Part shown: piece after piece, positions 11,953 to 24,999 of the stretch | Layout: every line of letters starts with the position of its first letter | How positions within the stretch are numbered: the first letter of the stretch is position 1 | Assembly (NCBI GenBank): GCA_015680685.1 | Contig: MNCI01001197.1 | Span: forward strand, 249,272 to 313,271 | Length of the DNA stretch: 64,000 bases | Direction of reading: 5' to 3' | DNA from: Gnetum montanum | Lineage: Eukaryota; Plantae; Gnetophyta | The notes under the pieces: model-generated | What the model was told of the DNA's origin: nothing | What the model saw: the letters and a program-made list of their open reading frames with translations, nothing else | The model's database searches: none | Program-made: the position numbers and the translations under genes

Positions 11953-14060
11953 AGGACCAAGGACCAACGCACGCAAATCCCCTACTAATAACTAAGATAA
12001 TCAATCATCAACCTTTGGGACCATNGACCAAGGACCAACGCACGCAAAGCCCCTACTAATAACTAAGATAATCAATCATCAACCTTTGGGACCATCGCAT
12101 CGATAACAACTATATCTAACTTTGAAAGGAAGGATAGGTCTAAATATACTAGGCTATATCTAAGCTATTAGACCAACTATTGAAAAGTGCGCACATTCAA
12201 TATAAGTAGATGACTGAAGCTTCCCAAAAGAAGCATGACAAGCTATGTGAGATAGCCAAAGATCCCACTAGAGCAACAAAAGATGACCCACAACTACCTA
12301 AATATTTTAATTTAGACTGCTTTTGCCACTATCACCAACTACTTGGTCATGACACAAACTTCTTCCTTGCACTCAAGGATGACGTATAGAAGATGATAGA
12401 TAGGGAAGATATGGTTCTAGATGCATCCAACCATATCTAACCATAGAACCAATTGATACAAGTATATCAAGACTCATTGAATGCCAACAATGCTACATAC
12501 ATTATATCAACATTCAACATAGATGATAGTCAGATACTTACAAGAGAAAAATTTATGATTCAAGTACCCCCTTATTATGAAAGGACTTCTTTGGCTTCCA
12601 CCAGCTCAAGATCCCCCTTTGTCGTTAGAGTACCATCGTGAGTACCTTTGAGGAAACCTTTTGTCATAAGGGTGCCTTAACCCACTATAACCCAATCAAC
12701 CAACATAACCATGTAACAACCTCCAATGGTGGCCAATGCTATAGTCTCTTCCTCACAACCAATGCTTGACAACCAAAAGGCTTCAACCAAGTAGAGGAAG
12801 AAGCATAAGAATAATCCTAACAATAAGGGTAATAAGTAGGTTGAGGCATGAAAGAAAGTGAATCCATCGAAGCTCACTTCCTTATCTATTCCCATAACCT
12901 CCTCTGCCAAGCCTACCTCAACCAACAAGCCATAGGAGGATCCCAAGATCCAAAATTAGAAGAAATAGGAGAGACCCCAACAGCAACAACCCAAAGTCTA
13001 AGTTCACATTTTATGATGCATGAAGGAAGTGAAGCACAACCAAGGTGACAAGCCCACAACCAATAACACAAACTTCCTCAATGTTATGGAATAGGTTAAA
13101 TAGTTTCTCAAATAGAAAAATACAACTTTGAACCTATACAACTACATCATGACTTCTGCTACACATCATGAAGTACTAGTCAAGATGTTGACTTCTATTC
13201 TTAATAGTGAGGACATCCCTACTAATGAGTAATTTATCCATGTTGTAATGGTTCCTTCTTTGCTAAGGGAAAAGAAGTCAACATTGCTAGTGTTTAGTGG
13301 TAGCAAGGTCAAGATCAACTCCTAGAATGGCAAAATGATTAGGGATCCTCTTTTCATCATAATTCAAGTGGAGCAGTTTAAGGTGCGCTGAGTGTATGTA
13401 GATGATGGGGTTGTAAAAAATTTCATCCCATGCATCATTTTTAAGATATTAGGCTTGACCAAGCAAATACAACACACATCAACATCCACTCACAAATCCT
13501 TCAACAAATCAAGGGTTGTTGTCAAGCAGTCTATCTCCTTGGATTTTGTAGCAAGGGAGTAATTCCACACAACTGCAAATATCTTAGTGGTGGAAGAGAC
13601 TTCAAGGTTTAACCTTATCCTAGGAAGATCTTAGTTGGACTAGCTACAAGCTATGTCCTCACCCATCCACGAAGAAATTCCCCTTCCTTATGGGGAAGGT
13701 GAGATCATCATTCATGGTGATAACATAGTGCCCTTGGCTGCTAACAACATGAACATAGAGTAGGGGTCTGAAGTAAAGTTTTAAGAAGAAACAACTAGCC
13801 ATGAAATCTAGCAACCCGAGAGAGAGTAAAAAGCCAATAATGATAACACAATGGGAAAAAAGATGCATTATGGGATGAACTCCCTTTTAATACTATTAGT
13901 AAAGGAGATGGCAAATACAAACTTATGCAAAGTAGACCTTACACATTTCCTAATCTTTCAAAGATTAGGAAGAGTCTTTACAAGTGAAGTACATCTTGAC
14001 CTTTCCACCCCATGTCCTTATAACCATATAACAATATGTACTGATAGTCATGTAACCTAA
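11953..14060 (+). pseudogene. gag C-terminus and protease of element B
   Basis: CFCHYHQLLGHDTNFF (Tat/Ogre CxYH..GH knuckle) at ~12318; VYVDDGVVKNFIP at ~13390; NLILGRS at ~13610. Reverse complement of 36690-38700. Confidence 0.8.
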
Positions 14061-14264
14061 CGTTTCTTTGTTGACTTGTTATGTCTTTTTTTATGTACTT
14101 TATTTCACTATTTTATGCATCTAGATTAAGCTTTCACTTTCATTTGCACATTTATTTATTTATTAAAGCCTTTATTTTTCTTTACTTTTGCACATGTTTT
14201 AAAACTAGAAAACCCATAAAAAATTTAAAATAGAAAATCACCAAAAATACTGATTTTCTTTTAA

Positions 14265-14600
14265 CAATGGCCTATCATGGCCTAAAACTAGAAAACCTAG
14301 GGCCCACCATGACCTAAAACTAGCAAAACTCATGGTCCACCATGGCCTAAAACTAGCAAACCTATGGTCTGTCAAGGCCTTATACTAACACCACAGTTTG
14401 CTAAGACTTTAAACTAGTGCTACAGTTCACTAAGACTTTAAACTCACATTGTAGTCCACTAAGACTTTAAACTGACACTGCATTCTACTAAGAATCTAAC
14501 TGGCACTATAGTCCACTAAGAATTTAAACTAGTGTTGTTGCCAACCATGGCCTTAAATTGGCGATAAACATGTGGCCTGCCATGGCCTAAAACTAGCAAG
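14265..14600. repeat. ~29-bp minisatellite, array 1
   Basis: Tandem units like CATGGCCTAAAACTAGCA / CACTAAGACTTTAAACT. Confidence 0.85.
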
Positions 14601-14899
14601 TAACCCTTATCCTATGACAATTTTCAACATAGCCAATGTAATCATTAATAGCATACCCTTAATTACAACATTTATAATCCTTAAAATCTTAAAGTAGTAA
14701 AGCCATCAACACCATATGTACTCAAAACTAAAATCAAAAATTAAAATTTGAAACATTTTAAATATATAGCCATAGCCACACCATGTGGCATGAATATTAA
14801 AAAATAAACCATGAGTGTTAAAATGTCTACAACTCATGCATTGGCCAATATGCACCATGCAACATCCAACATAAAATAAACCAAGAAAAAATAATCAAC

Positions 14900-17800
14900 T
14901 AAATACATCACATCATGCATCTTGTGGTGCCAAGGGGCATCTAGAGGGGGAGGAGATGGTGCATCATCATCATCATTGCCTACACCATTGGAGCCACTAA
15001 CATCATATAGTGCTTGTGACATAACAAAATGCAACCAATCAATAACTAGCATAACCAAAACCATGACATAAATAAATGTAAAACTAAAATTTACAAAATA
15101 AAATAGAAATTCCATTAGACCTATGGGAAATTTGGCTCTATAAACTCTTTGGAAAGATGGTGAAGACTAGTCTCCAAGTGTTGGAGAATCTAGTCTTTGA
15201 TCATGTTGGCCTAGTTTATATCCCCAAAATTGATGCCTGTGAAGATGTTGATCCTATCTACACTCATCTATGATGGTCACTTTTATGAGGCCATAGCTAT
15301 AGAGACCTCATCTATAGCTATAGTAATCTAAGGATTAGGAGACTCAATTACTGTGAGAGTGCTTTTGAAGAGGTTGAAAGCACTCTCACTCTGAATGCCC
15401 TAGATAAACAAATCCCTTTTCTATCATTTAGTCATCTTCTTCTTGAGCCATTCAAGTATGCCTCCCAATCAACCTTATACTTTTTCATGTGATCCTTTTG
15501 TGTCTTACCCCACTCTAGGACCCAAGCACTATAATCCTTTCAATCATGGACCTTTCAAGAGATCAAGTTCATCTACATCTACTACTTGTGCAACTCTCAA
15601 GAGAGGGCAACCTTATCATGGATAGTGTGTCAACAGTGGGCCCACATGATCTCCTTGGTCCAAAAGCCCCCTAAGTTAGCCACTTAAGCTTCTGCAAAGG
15701 CCTCGCAATTCTCCAAGATTTTGGATCCTCTCATCTTGCCTTTTATTTTTCTCCTTCAAGGTCACAACCTATTTCCATAGGAATTCATTGGACCTCTAAA
15801 TCTACCTTGAAGCTTTAACACACAAAACCACTAGATCAATGGTAGTTTCATACAACTTCAAGGGGACATATGAGGTGTTAGGAGGAAGTTTACATAAGGA
15901 GTCAAACTCCATCTCTTGGGCTAGGTCCCATGCAATTGATGACACTAAAAACAACAAAAATATAATCATAAACATAATGTACAACCTAAAGTAGATGTAG
16001 AATAAGATATAACTCAAAGCAAAACAACTAAGGAATAGAAAAACATAGTTCTTACCAATCTAGAGTTCAATCTATTGTAATCGAATGATGATGTTCTTTG
16101 TCATCCAGTGCATGAATTCTATCTTGTCCAAGACCTCTACCCATGGTTTCATGTGAAACATGGATGTAGAGGCCTCTATTGATGGCTCAGGAACTTTGAT
16201 AAGCATAACAATCATTTGGCAGGTAAGAACTAAGAAATTAAACATAAAACCATAGGAAATAACTAGTGAAGCATAGGCATAACTAGATCCACATTTATGT
16301 TTTCATTCTCCTCCTCATCATCATCATTGAGGATGTTAATCAGAGAATCCTCAAGCAATGACTCATCAAACAAGGCATTTAGATCATCCATATCTTGATG
16401 CAAGAGTGCCTTCTCTACACACCTTTCTTCCTCTACCATGTTAACTATATGCCTCCGCTTATCCTCCTCTACACATCTATGTGCTTCTGTTGCCTTTATT
16501 CTTCTTTAGCAATTGCAACTTGGCCTACTCAGTTCTACTACTAACCTATAGCCATAACTTGTTAGATAATTTAGCATGTATAGCCATAGGACATCACATA
16601 GCCAAGAACATTAAGAACATAGTTGAAGCATACCTATGACTACCTAATCTATGCAAGGAATCTTAAAGATGATCCTTTGCTTAGAAGGTGGCTCTAATGT
16701 TGTTGGTGCTTTCTTCATTGCCTATTTCAAACTAGCCTTGGCTACCCCATTAGCCATGACACATAATCATAAAGCTCTCTAAATGTTCACTAGGAATGTA
16801 AGAGCCTCCTTCCCCATGCTATCAAGGAGTTCACACAAACTGACACTAAGGTTCTTGGTGGTCATAGATAGTGAGTCTTCCATGTCCTCCAATGGGTTCT
16901 AAGCCTACATAGTTGGGTAAAAATATTTTATCCAAGGCTTGGAGAGTTTTTTTAGGTCCTAGTGCATCCATGATCAATTTCTCCTCACCACCAAGAATTC
17001 TGTGAACCTCTTCAAATAGCCTACAAAAAATGCATAATGCATTTGGACGATCAAAGATGGGTCCTCACAGAGTTTGAGGATTTTCCCCTTGAGGCTAGTA
17101 ACCAAAGAACTAGCCTAGTTAAAATAGGTCCCCTCCATTAATACCTTCTTGAATGTCCATCCCTATATTATACCAATTACCTTCTTTTGCGACAATAATT
17201 TAGGAAAGGCCCAAGACCTAAACAAGGGATAGGACTCCCTTGCATCAAGTTTTGTGATGCCCTCTAAAGTAAGTCCAGAGTGGTCTTGGCTGGCACCAAT
17301 CCACTCCTCAACTTCCTTATGATGGAAAACCTCATTCATTGGTTTGGTGGCAACTACTATCCTATCAACAAGAACACCAAACAAGTTGTGAAAGGTAGCC
17401 TCACTTATGGCAATGGCAATTAGTGTGCCTCACACTATGGTGTGAAACACATTAACTCCTACATCAAAGGAGTCAATGATGTTTAGCATCTCTATAGAAG
17501 GGACAATAGGGCTAGGAACCCTAAAAACCTCAAGCAAACCTACAAGTGTGATGTTTGTCTAGATGTTCTCAGATTTTTGCCCCCTCAACCACTCTTGTGC
17601 TAGACCAACCTCATCAAAATTTAGTATGAGAGTATCCATAGAATGTCCAGTGAGGAGTACAGTGACATTAGCAAAAGTCTAAGGCCATGTAAGCCAAAGA
17701 TGAATGCTTAGCATTAGTATAGGTACATTTAGACCATAGAATGCTTAAGACCTAAATAGCCATAAAACCTTAGCTACAACATAGAAAATCATTTCTTTTT

Positions 17801-20177
17801 TACCTTTCTTCTTCTTACTCGGTGAAGCTTGTGTGGGGCTCCTAGCAGTGATGCCCATATTTTTCATAGCCTTGAAGGCTACCCACCAACTATGTGCTAT
17901 TTTGGTAGCCACACACTTCTTGTAAACAGGGTCAAATATGGTAGGGTATTCATCAAAATCACCCCTTAGCTATTCAAAAATGACATGTTTGATCTTGGGG
18001 CCTTTGGTGAATTTGCTCAATGCAATGTGGGCTACCACCAAGGTTTGATCATTCTTGATCAAGCCTTGTTCATACTTGCAAGATGTATGTAAAATCAAGA
18101 AGTTAGGAGATATGACCAAATTAAATAAATAGAAAACATTAAAACCTATAGTAGCCATGCTTACCCCTGTAATTGATACACAAAGTCTGGAGGCTTCTAG
18201 AATAGGGAGTGCGCTCTTTGCACCACCATCAAAGTATTATTAATGTTGCATCAAGAATACTTTGGCATCTTCTAGATTTTTGAAAGGTAATGTGCATCGA
18301 TAGTGTCTGCCAGCTCTCCTTCTGCTTGAGTCTCTGGATCATCAGTTATGAACCAAGAAACCAAACACATAGACCCAAGTAGTAGGGTCTCCACTATGAC
18401 CCTGACCACTTCTATAGATAAGTGTGACCACATCATCATACTAAAGTTCTATAGAAGGTAGGCAAGGAATTCCCTTGCCCCCATACAAAACCATAGTGAC
18501 CCCTTCTCTAGGTCCATGTCAGGGAGAGGGGTGTTGGTCTTAGGTTGGCCAATATAGCATAAGATGCCCACTAACTCAACCATAATGAGTACAAGAATTA
18601 GTAGGATCCTAAAAAGGAAAAACATTAGCATTGTTAGGGTTGTGTTTCAATTCTTAGAATTTCCTTATGAATTTCAATAAACACCTTAGTTAGGGGTGAA
18701 ATTAGCCCTTGTAAAAAAACTATAAAGTGTCTATCAAAATTCATTTAGAGATTCTATAAAAACCACTTTACAGCATTCATAGCCATTAATCCATTATAGC
18801 CAAGGCATTGTAGCCAAAATATTATAGCCCAAACATCATAGCCAAAGTTATAACTTTGTCCAAACCATGAATTAATTTAGAAAAAGCATTAAGCCTAAGA
18901 AAAAATGGCCATAGGAAAAAGCCTACTAAAAATAGCACAAATATCTATTTCTCATGAAGCCAACTTTAGAAAATATTTTACATCTTTAGCCATCCCCAAT
19001 GGTAAAAAAGTTGGCAAGAGAAATCTCTAACTATGTCAATAACATACATTTTCAAGGGGTAAAGTGCTACAACCAATTGAACCTAATTAACACAGCCATA
19101 GTTGAAAATTCATAAAAAATTCCTCAAAGCTTTGATTTTAGTGATTCCATCATTGAAAGAATTTTGAAATCACAAGCTTTTCAGCCATAGCTATTAAAAT
19201 CAAAAATACATAACCAATTTTACATGAGCCATAACCAAATTTGCACAATTGTAGCTAACATAACCCCTTTTCTGCATAGGGTTGGTAAAAAATTCACCAA
19301 ACATTTTTTTGAGCTCCAAATGGAGTGATTCTACAACTTTTTGAAAGTTTAAATTGCATCCTACAAATCCACACTTAAAAAAATCAATACTCTTTTTTTT
19401 TATTCAAAAAAAATTCATAAACTTCAATGAAAATATGAAAAATAGCATAAACTCTAATTACACAACCTAATTGAAATAGCCATAACTTCATCATCATGAA
19501 TCCAAATTAGATGAGAGCATGGACAATGCAAAGCTTAAACATAATCCTAAAAATCCATAACATTAGATGTTTCCAAAATTTAGTCATTTTCTTAGTGAAA
19601 ACCCCACAAATGTGCTTGCGTTTTTCATCAAAAAATCATTTAAAAACCCAAAACTAGTAAAACCTAATTTAATTTAGCCATGGATTACAGCTAAAATGGT
19701 CAAACCAACTTAAACCCACCATAAAATGCACCAAAATATTTTGTGGGACTTTGTTAAAATTTAATTTTTATAAGTCCTTTAGCCTTGATCTAAGAAAAAT
19801 AGCTCAACTTAAAAAAAATTTTAGAAAAAAGCACACAAAAAGCAAGCCTATTTCAAGAATCAAATCTACGAAATCTTGAAAAATTAAAAAACCTTAGATC
19901 CATGTGGAAACACCCAAGATATGATGTATGATTTCATTAGAATCCAATTACATCAAGTTCTTTCACATAGATATAAAGAAAATGGCCTTTTCCAAGCTAG
20001 GAAAACCCAAAAACAACTAGGAAACTATAGAAAAAAGCCAAGAATGACATACCTTGGAACAAAGGAGGAATATCCATAGATGGAAATGGTCTTAGAAGAG
20101 TTTGAAATCTTCTTGGCTACCTCATCTACTACCTAAATTTTGGAATTATTACTATTGTGTTAATGTTGTTTCACCAT
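14900..20177 (-). pseudogene. Antisense, intron-containing accessory gene inside element B (FCP1/NIF-like N-terminus, putative plant-transposon-protein-like middle, coiled-coil/acidic C-terminus)
   Basis: Candidate ATG at 20177. AT-rich GT..AG introns at 20052-18609, 18164-18075, 17803-17679 and 16055-15945, plus others near 16640, 16280 and 15100. Decayed coding exons lie between them. Homologous copy on + at 29421-35930. Confidence 0.7.
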
Positions 20178-20499
20178 AGTTGCAAAAACGTTGAAAAGGC
20201 TTGAAAACTGGGAGGGTTAAGACTTAAGCTAGCTATGAGAAGACTTGAGGCTTCAACACTAAATATAGATGATTTTTGCTATAAAAATCTCTAGTGAGCC
20301 TCTCCTCTAATGTTTTGGGAGTTTGAATGATGATTTGTGATGAGTTTTTTGTAATATTTGACATAAAAACCTAAACCTAAACCAAAACACTTGGAACTAC
20401 AAGTGCACTAAAGTTCATGGGGGGAGAGTATTCTCAATTCTAGGAGTGGAAGGGGAAACAACCCTTACATTCATTTTTCTTGGTTTTATTTGAGCTTCA

Positions 20500-23400
20500 G
20501 TGCATGGGCTCCATCATACGCCCTCATGCATGGTGTTTTTGAACTTAAAACTCCATTAACACTTGGGTTTTGACCTCTTAGAATGCCTAAAACCTTGGTA
20601 CAACCTATATCCACACTAGGTAGCATAGAGCTAGCATGGATACTCACCTCCATCACCTCACAACATCTCACACTAACCACCCTTGCCATTTTTGGCAATT
20701 ATGACCTATGCAAATCAACCCTAGGCTCCAAAAGGGGGCTAGGTCTTGAAAATTCTAGCCATGTTGAGCTTTCATGTTGGGGTAACACTGCCAAGTGTAG
20801 AGCTAGTGGGTAACATCCACACTTATCCCCCAAATCCCATCACACCTAAATTTCACCCTCGAAGTAGACCCACATGACCTAGAACCCCTCCAATCACTCT
20901 CAATAGTCTTAAAACCTTGGAAAACCTAGTTGAAAGTGCATAAAACTTGTAGATCTAGTGCTTCCACATTGATGGAGGCTCCCTCCATGCTAGCTAGCAT
21001 GGAGCTAGTATGGAATGGATTTTGGTGATCTCAAATAACTAATATTAACTGCCTAGTTGCAAATTTTCAACTGTAACACTCCTTCACATCCTCCAAAAAC
21101 CTACCTTTATCTCAAAACAAGTCAATTTAACACATGCACTTAATCCCCACATTGGTGAATCCCCCCTCCATGTTTCCTAGTGTTAAGCCAGTGTAAAGGC
21201 TAGGGCATGACCTAAAACCATTCCTTAAGCCCTAAGTGACCATAAATTTCATCTTAATAGCTCATATGCTTTGCCATGACCTCTAGTAGTTGATAACCTT
21301 TAACATTTTAGTTGATTTCAATGCCCTAATCCTATTCCATGTTGAGCACCCCCTCTTCCATGTTGGCTAATTTGGATGCTTTGGGGGATGCGATAGAACT
21401 CATTTCTATGACTCGAAATAACCCTACAAGCTACCCTAGTAACCTCTAAACCCTATCAAAACCTACCAAAACCTTTAGATTCCTTTAAACTTGTTAAAAA
21501 TATCAAAAATCCATCATCCCCCTCCCTTCCACATGAAGGTCACCCTACCTAGTATGAAGGAAAGGGGGTATAGCTACATGAACACCTAAGACCCTCAAAA
21601 CCAAGGGATTTCAAGGCCAAATCTTGTCTCTTGATCTCTATAATCCCTAGCATCTTCAAAATCCTATTGAAACCTTATAAAAGTGATCTAAAATCTACCC
21701 TATTAATCTTCCATGTTTGAAAAATTCTCTTCCACATTGGCCAATGTGGAGCAAGTGTGGATGGAAGGGGGATGGTAAAAAAATTCAAACTTTTTGTCTC
21801 AAAATAAACTCCTATCAACATCTCAACCTTCCCAAGCACTCCAACAACAAAAACTGATCAAAATGGTTGTTTTTGATGATTTCCTTGGTCTCCATGTTGG
21901 GCACACCTTTCTTCCATGCTATCGAATGTTGAGCTAGAATGGACACAACTAAAAATATTTACAGGAAGTCATTGATACATCAAAATTATACAAAAGTGCT
22001 TTATCCTTACCCTATAGCCTTGCCAACACTTCTGAAAGCCATTAAACCTTGGGGATTTAACCAAAATTGATAAAAAACCAACCCCCCAAAGTCCTCCTAG
22101 TTGGTTCCATGTTGGTCAGTGTAGAGCCATTATGGAAGAAAGGGTAAGCTTATAAAATCATCCAAAACCCTTAAAAACTACCACATTTCATCTTTAGTTT
22201 TTCACTATCAACTCCAACAACCACAGAGACATACATGCATGATGAAATCTAGTCAAAAATGATTTAAAGTTAACTCCAAAAATTATCAGAGAACCTTTGA
22301 AAGCACCAAATTTTGACCCTAGGTTATGACCATTGATAATGACAACCCTAGGAATGCACATTCATGGTCAAATTTGATCAAAAATAATCAAAAATACATC
22401 CTTTATAATCCTCCTAGCTAGTTTCACACTAACCAACATGGAGCCATCATGAAACCAAGGGGGTAAGCCAACAAAAACCATTAAAAACACTCGAAATCAA
22501 CAAATTTTGACCTTAGAACTTGACTATCAATGCTATCAACCTTAGAACAACACATGCATAGTTAGAATTAACCTAAAATAGCCATCCCCTCTAGTATTCT
22601 TAGTTGGTCCCATGCTGGCCAGCATAGAGCCAGTGTGGAGGTAGAGGGGAGACACCAAAAGCCATCTAGAAAACCTCCAAATTGACTAGCTTTAACCTTA
22701 TACCCTAACCCTTGATCCTAACAATCCTAGAAGCATACATGCATGGTCAATTGAGGTTAAAATTGGTCTAGATCTAAGATTTGTAATTCTTCCATGTTGG
22801 GAACCCTCTCTTCCATGCTAGCTAGTGTGGAGCTAGTGTGCAGACTAAGAGGAGAGCTCATATGAGGCTCATAAATACCTTTGACATCAGATGACCTTGC
22901 ATGCACCTTAGAACTCTGTTAGCATCCTAAGAGCCTTCAAACCTTAAGAAATGAACTAAATAGAGCTAAAAGCTAATCCCTTTTGAACTTACTAGCTGGT
23001 TCCACACTGGCTAGCATGGAGAAAATGTGAAACCAAAGGTATAAGTAATAAAACCACTCAAAATCCCTTAGAAATGTTTATTTCAATCCTAAACCCTAGT
23101 CCCTAACACTAACAACCTTGGGAACATGCATGCATCATTGATTATTGTCAAAATTGATCTAGATCTAAGATCTATTATTCTTCCACACTAGGAACCCCTT
23201 CTTCCATGCTAGCATGAAAGAACTACCTTTTTTCCTTAAACAACAAATTTATGCTCCAAGAGACCAAGAACCTACACTAGGGAAGCCTAAGATCTCATAG
23301 CCTTAGGATTTCACTCATTTAACTTTGTTTTTTATCATGAAATCCCTTCTTCCACATTGGAGCAACCACCCTCCTTCCCCCAATATGGATCAAGGGGGGC

Positions 23401-24170
23401 ATGACCTTTCATAGCCTTAAAAAATCTTTAGACATGATCAAAATTAGCAAGAAACTTAGAAAATCATGACCTACAATCCTAGCAGCCTAGAAACCTATTT
23501 GATGTGCTCCCAAACCATCCCAACATCATAGAACAACTACACCCCTATTCTCCCATGTTGAGGCCATCATGCCAAACATGGAAGAAAGGGGAAAAGAAAT
23601 TTCAACTTGTTTTGGCACTCAAAATCAACTCAAATGACCTCAAAATGAAGCTAGGGGATGCACAACTCCCAGATCTAGGTTCCATCAACTAGTTTGACCT
23701 TGTTTGATCCTATTTACACTTGGATTTTGATCCTTCATGCTAAGCCCCTGCCCATCCATGTTGTCCAACATGGAAATATGGGGCTTAAGCTCCAAACCCT
23801 ACTTTTTGACCTTTATCAATCTCCAAGATGCTTAATTTTGACACATCGTGCCCTATGTTGCCTTGGAAACATCCTAGAACCTTGATTTTGATCCTCTGCA
23901 TACACAAAAATGTATTTTCATGCTAGGATGACCCTTCCTACTATAGAAGATGTTTTTAGGCTCTAAAAGGGGGTTCCAGGGTTTGAAACTGCTACCAAAA
24001 CTAGCCCATTCCCTTAGTCAACTAAACTAATGTGTAAGCCATCTGAAGCAAAAACATGATCAAAACAAGCATGGGAAACTATCTAGATATTCTATCGACA
24101 CTAGGTATTTCCCCTTCTATGTCAAATAATGTAGAAATAAGGGGGGTCCAGTGTGGAAGTTTTAAAACCC
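20500..24170. repeat. Degenerate ~190-bp-period array with a conserved palindromic core (inferred consensus TCCACGCTGGCCAGCGTGGA)
   Basis: Cores near 20610, 20985, 21170, 21355, 21730, 21915, 22105, 22420, 22610, 22810, 23000, 23200, 23555 and 23755, e.g. TTCCACATTGGCCAATGTGGAG, TCCACACTGGCTAGCATGGAG, CCATGCTGGCCAGCATAGAG. Confidence 0.75.
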
Positions 24171-24529
24171 TAGCTTTTTTAGTCCAAACAACCTAGAAAC
24201 AACCCTAATTGATGCCCAAACTTACCTAATAACATTGTAACCATAAAACATGGCCTTCTAAGGCCTAAAACTAGCAAAAACTAATTCTTTTTTATCTATG
24301 TTAGCCAAGTTTTACCATATGTAACCTATTTTACTTGATTTGGCCTTATTACATGATGTTCAACTTGTTTTTGGCCTTGTGTGGCATTGTTAACCTTCTT
24401 GACCTAGTATGACCTTTACATAGCTTTATTTGCCTCATTATAGCCTTATATACCTCTGTTTAGTTTTTTATTGATATCAAATAGTGGGGTTTGACCTTCC
24501 CTAATCACCATTTAACACCATGTGACAAT

Positions 24530-24790
24530 ATTCCGCTAAGACTCTAAATTGGAAACATGTCCCACTATGGTCCTAAACTGGCAATATGGCTTGCTAAGGC
24601 CTTGAATTAGCATCATAATTTTCTAAGACTCTAAATTAGCATCATGGCCTACTGTGACCTTAAACTAGCATCATGGCTTGCTAAGGCCTTAAATTAACAT
24701 CATAGTTTGCTAAGATTCTAAACTAACATCATGGCCTGCTATGGCCTTAAACTAACATCATGGCCCTCTAAGGCCTTAAACTAGAAAAAA
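24530..24790. repeat. 29-bp minisatellite, array 2
   Basis: Unit AACTAACATCATGGCCTGCTATGGCCTTA, about 8-9 copies. Confidence 0.9.
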
Positions 24791-24999
24791 CCATGACCTT
24801 TGTTGACCATGTGTAGCCTTACTTCCCTTTTTTGACCTTTATTTTTCCTTTAATGCACTTTGTTTGCTTATTTTTACTCTATTCATAGCCTTGGATGCCC
24901 TTGTTTACATTAGAATAGCATGTATTTGCATAATTTTATAGCATTTTTTATTTACTTTTATTTAAGTATCATTTAATATGATTTTGATAAACATGTAGA

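Noticed and set aside
11953-12095. ~70-bp duplication right after the 3' LTR
   Set aside because: Also straddles a single N (12026); assembly artefact, not a TSD.
20500-24170. CRISPR array (palindromic repeats with spacers)
   Set aside because: Plant TE context, degenerate repeats, ~150-bp partly related spacers and no cas genes.
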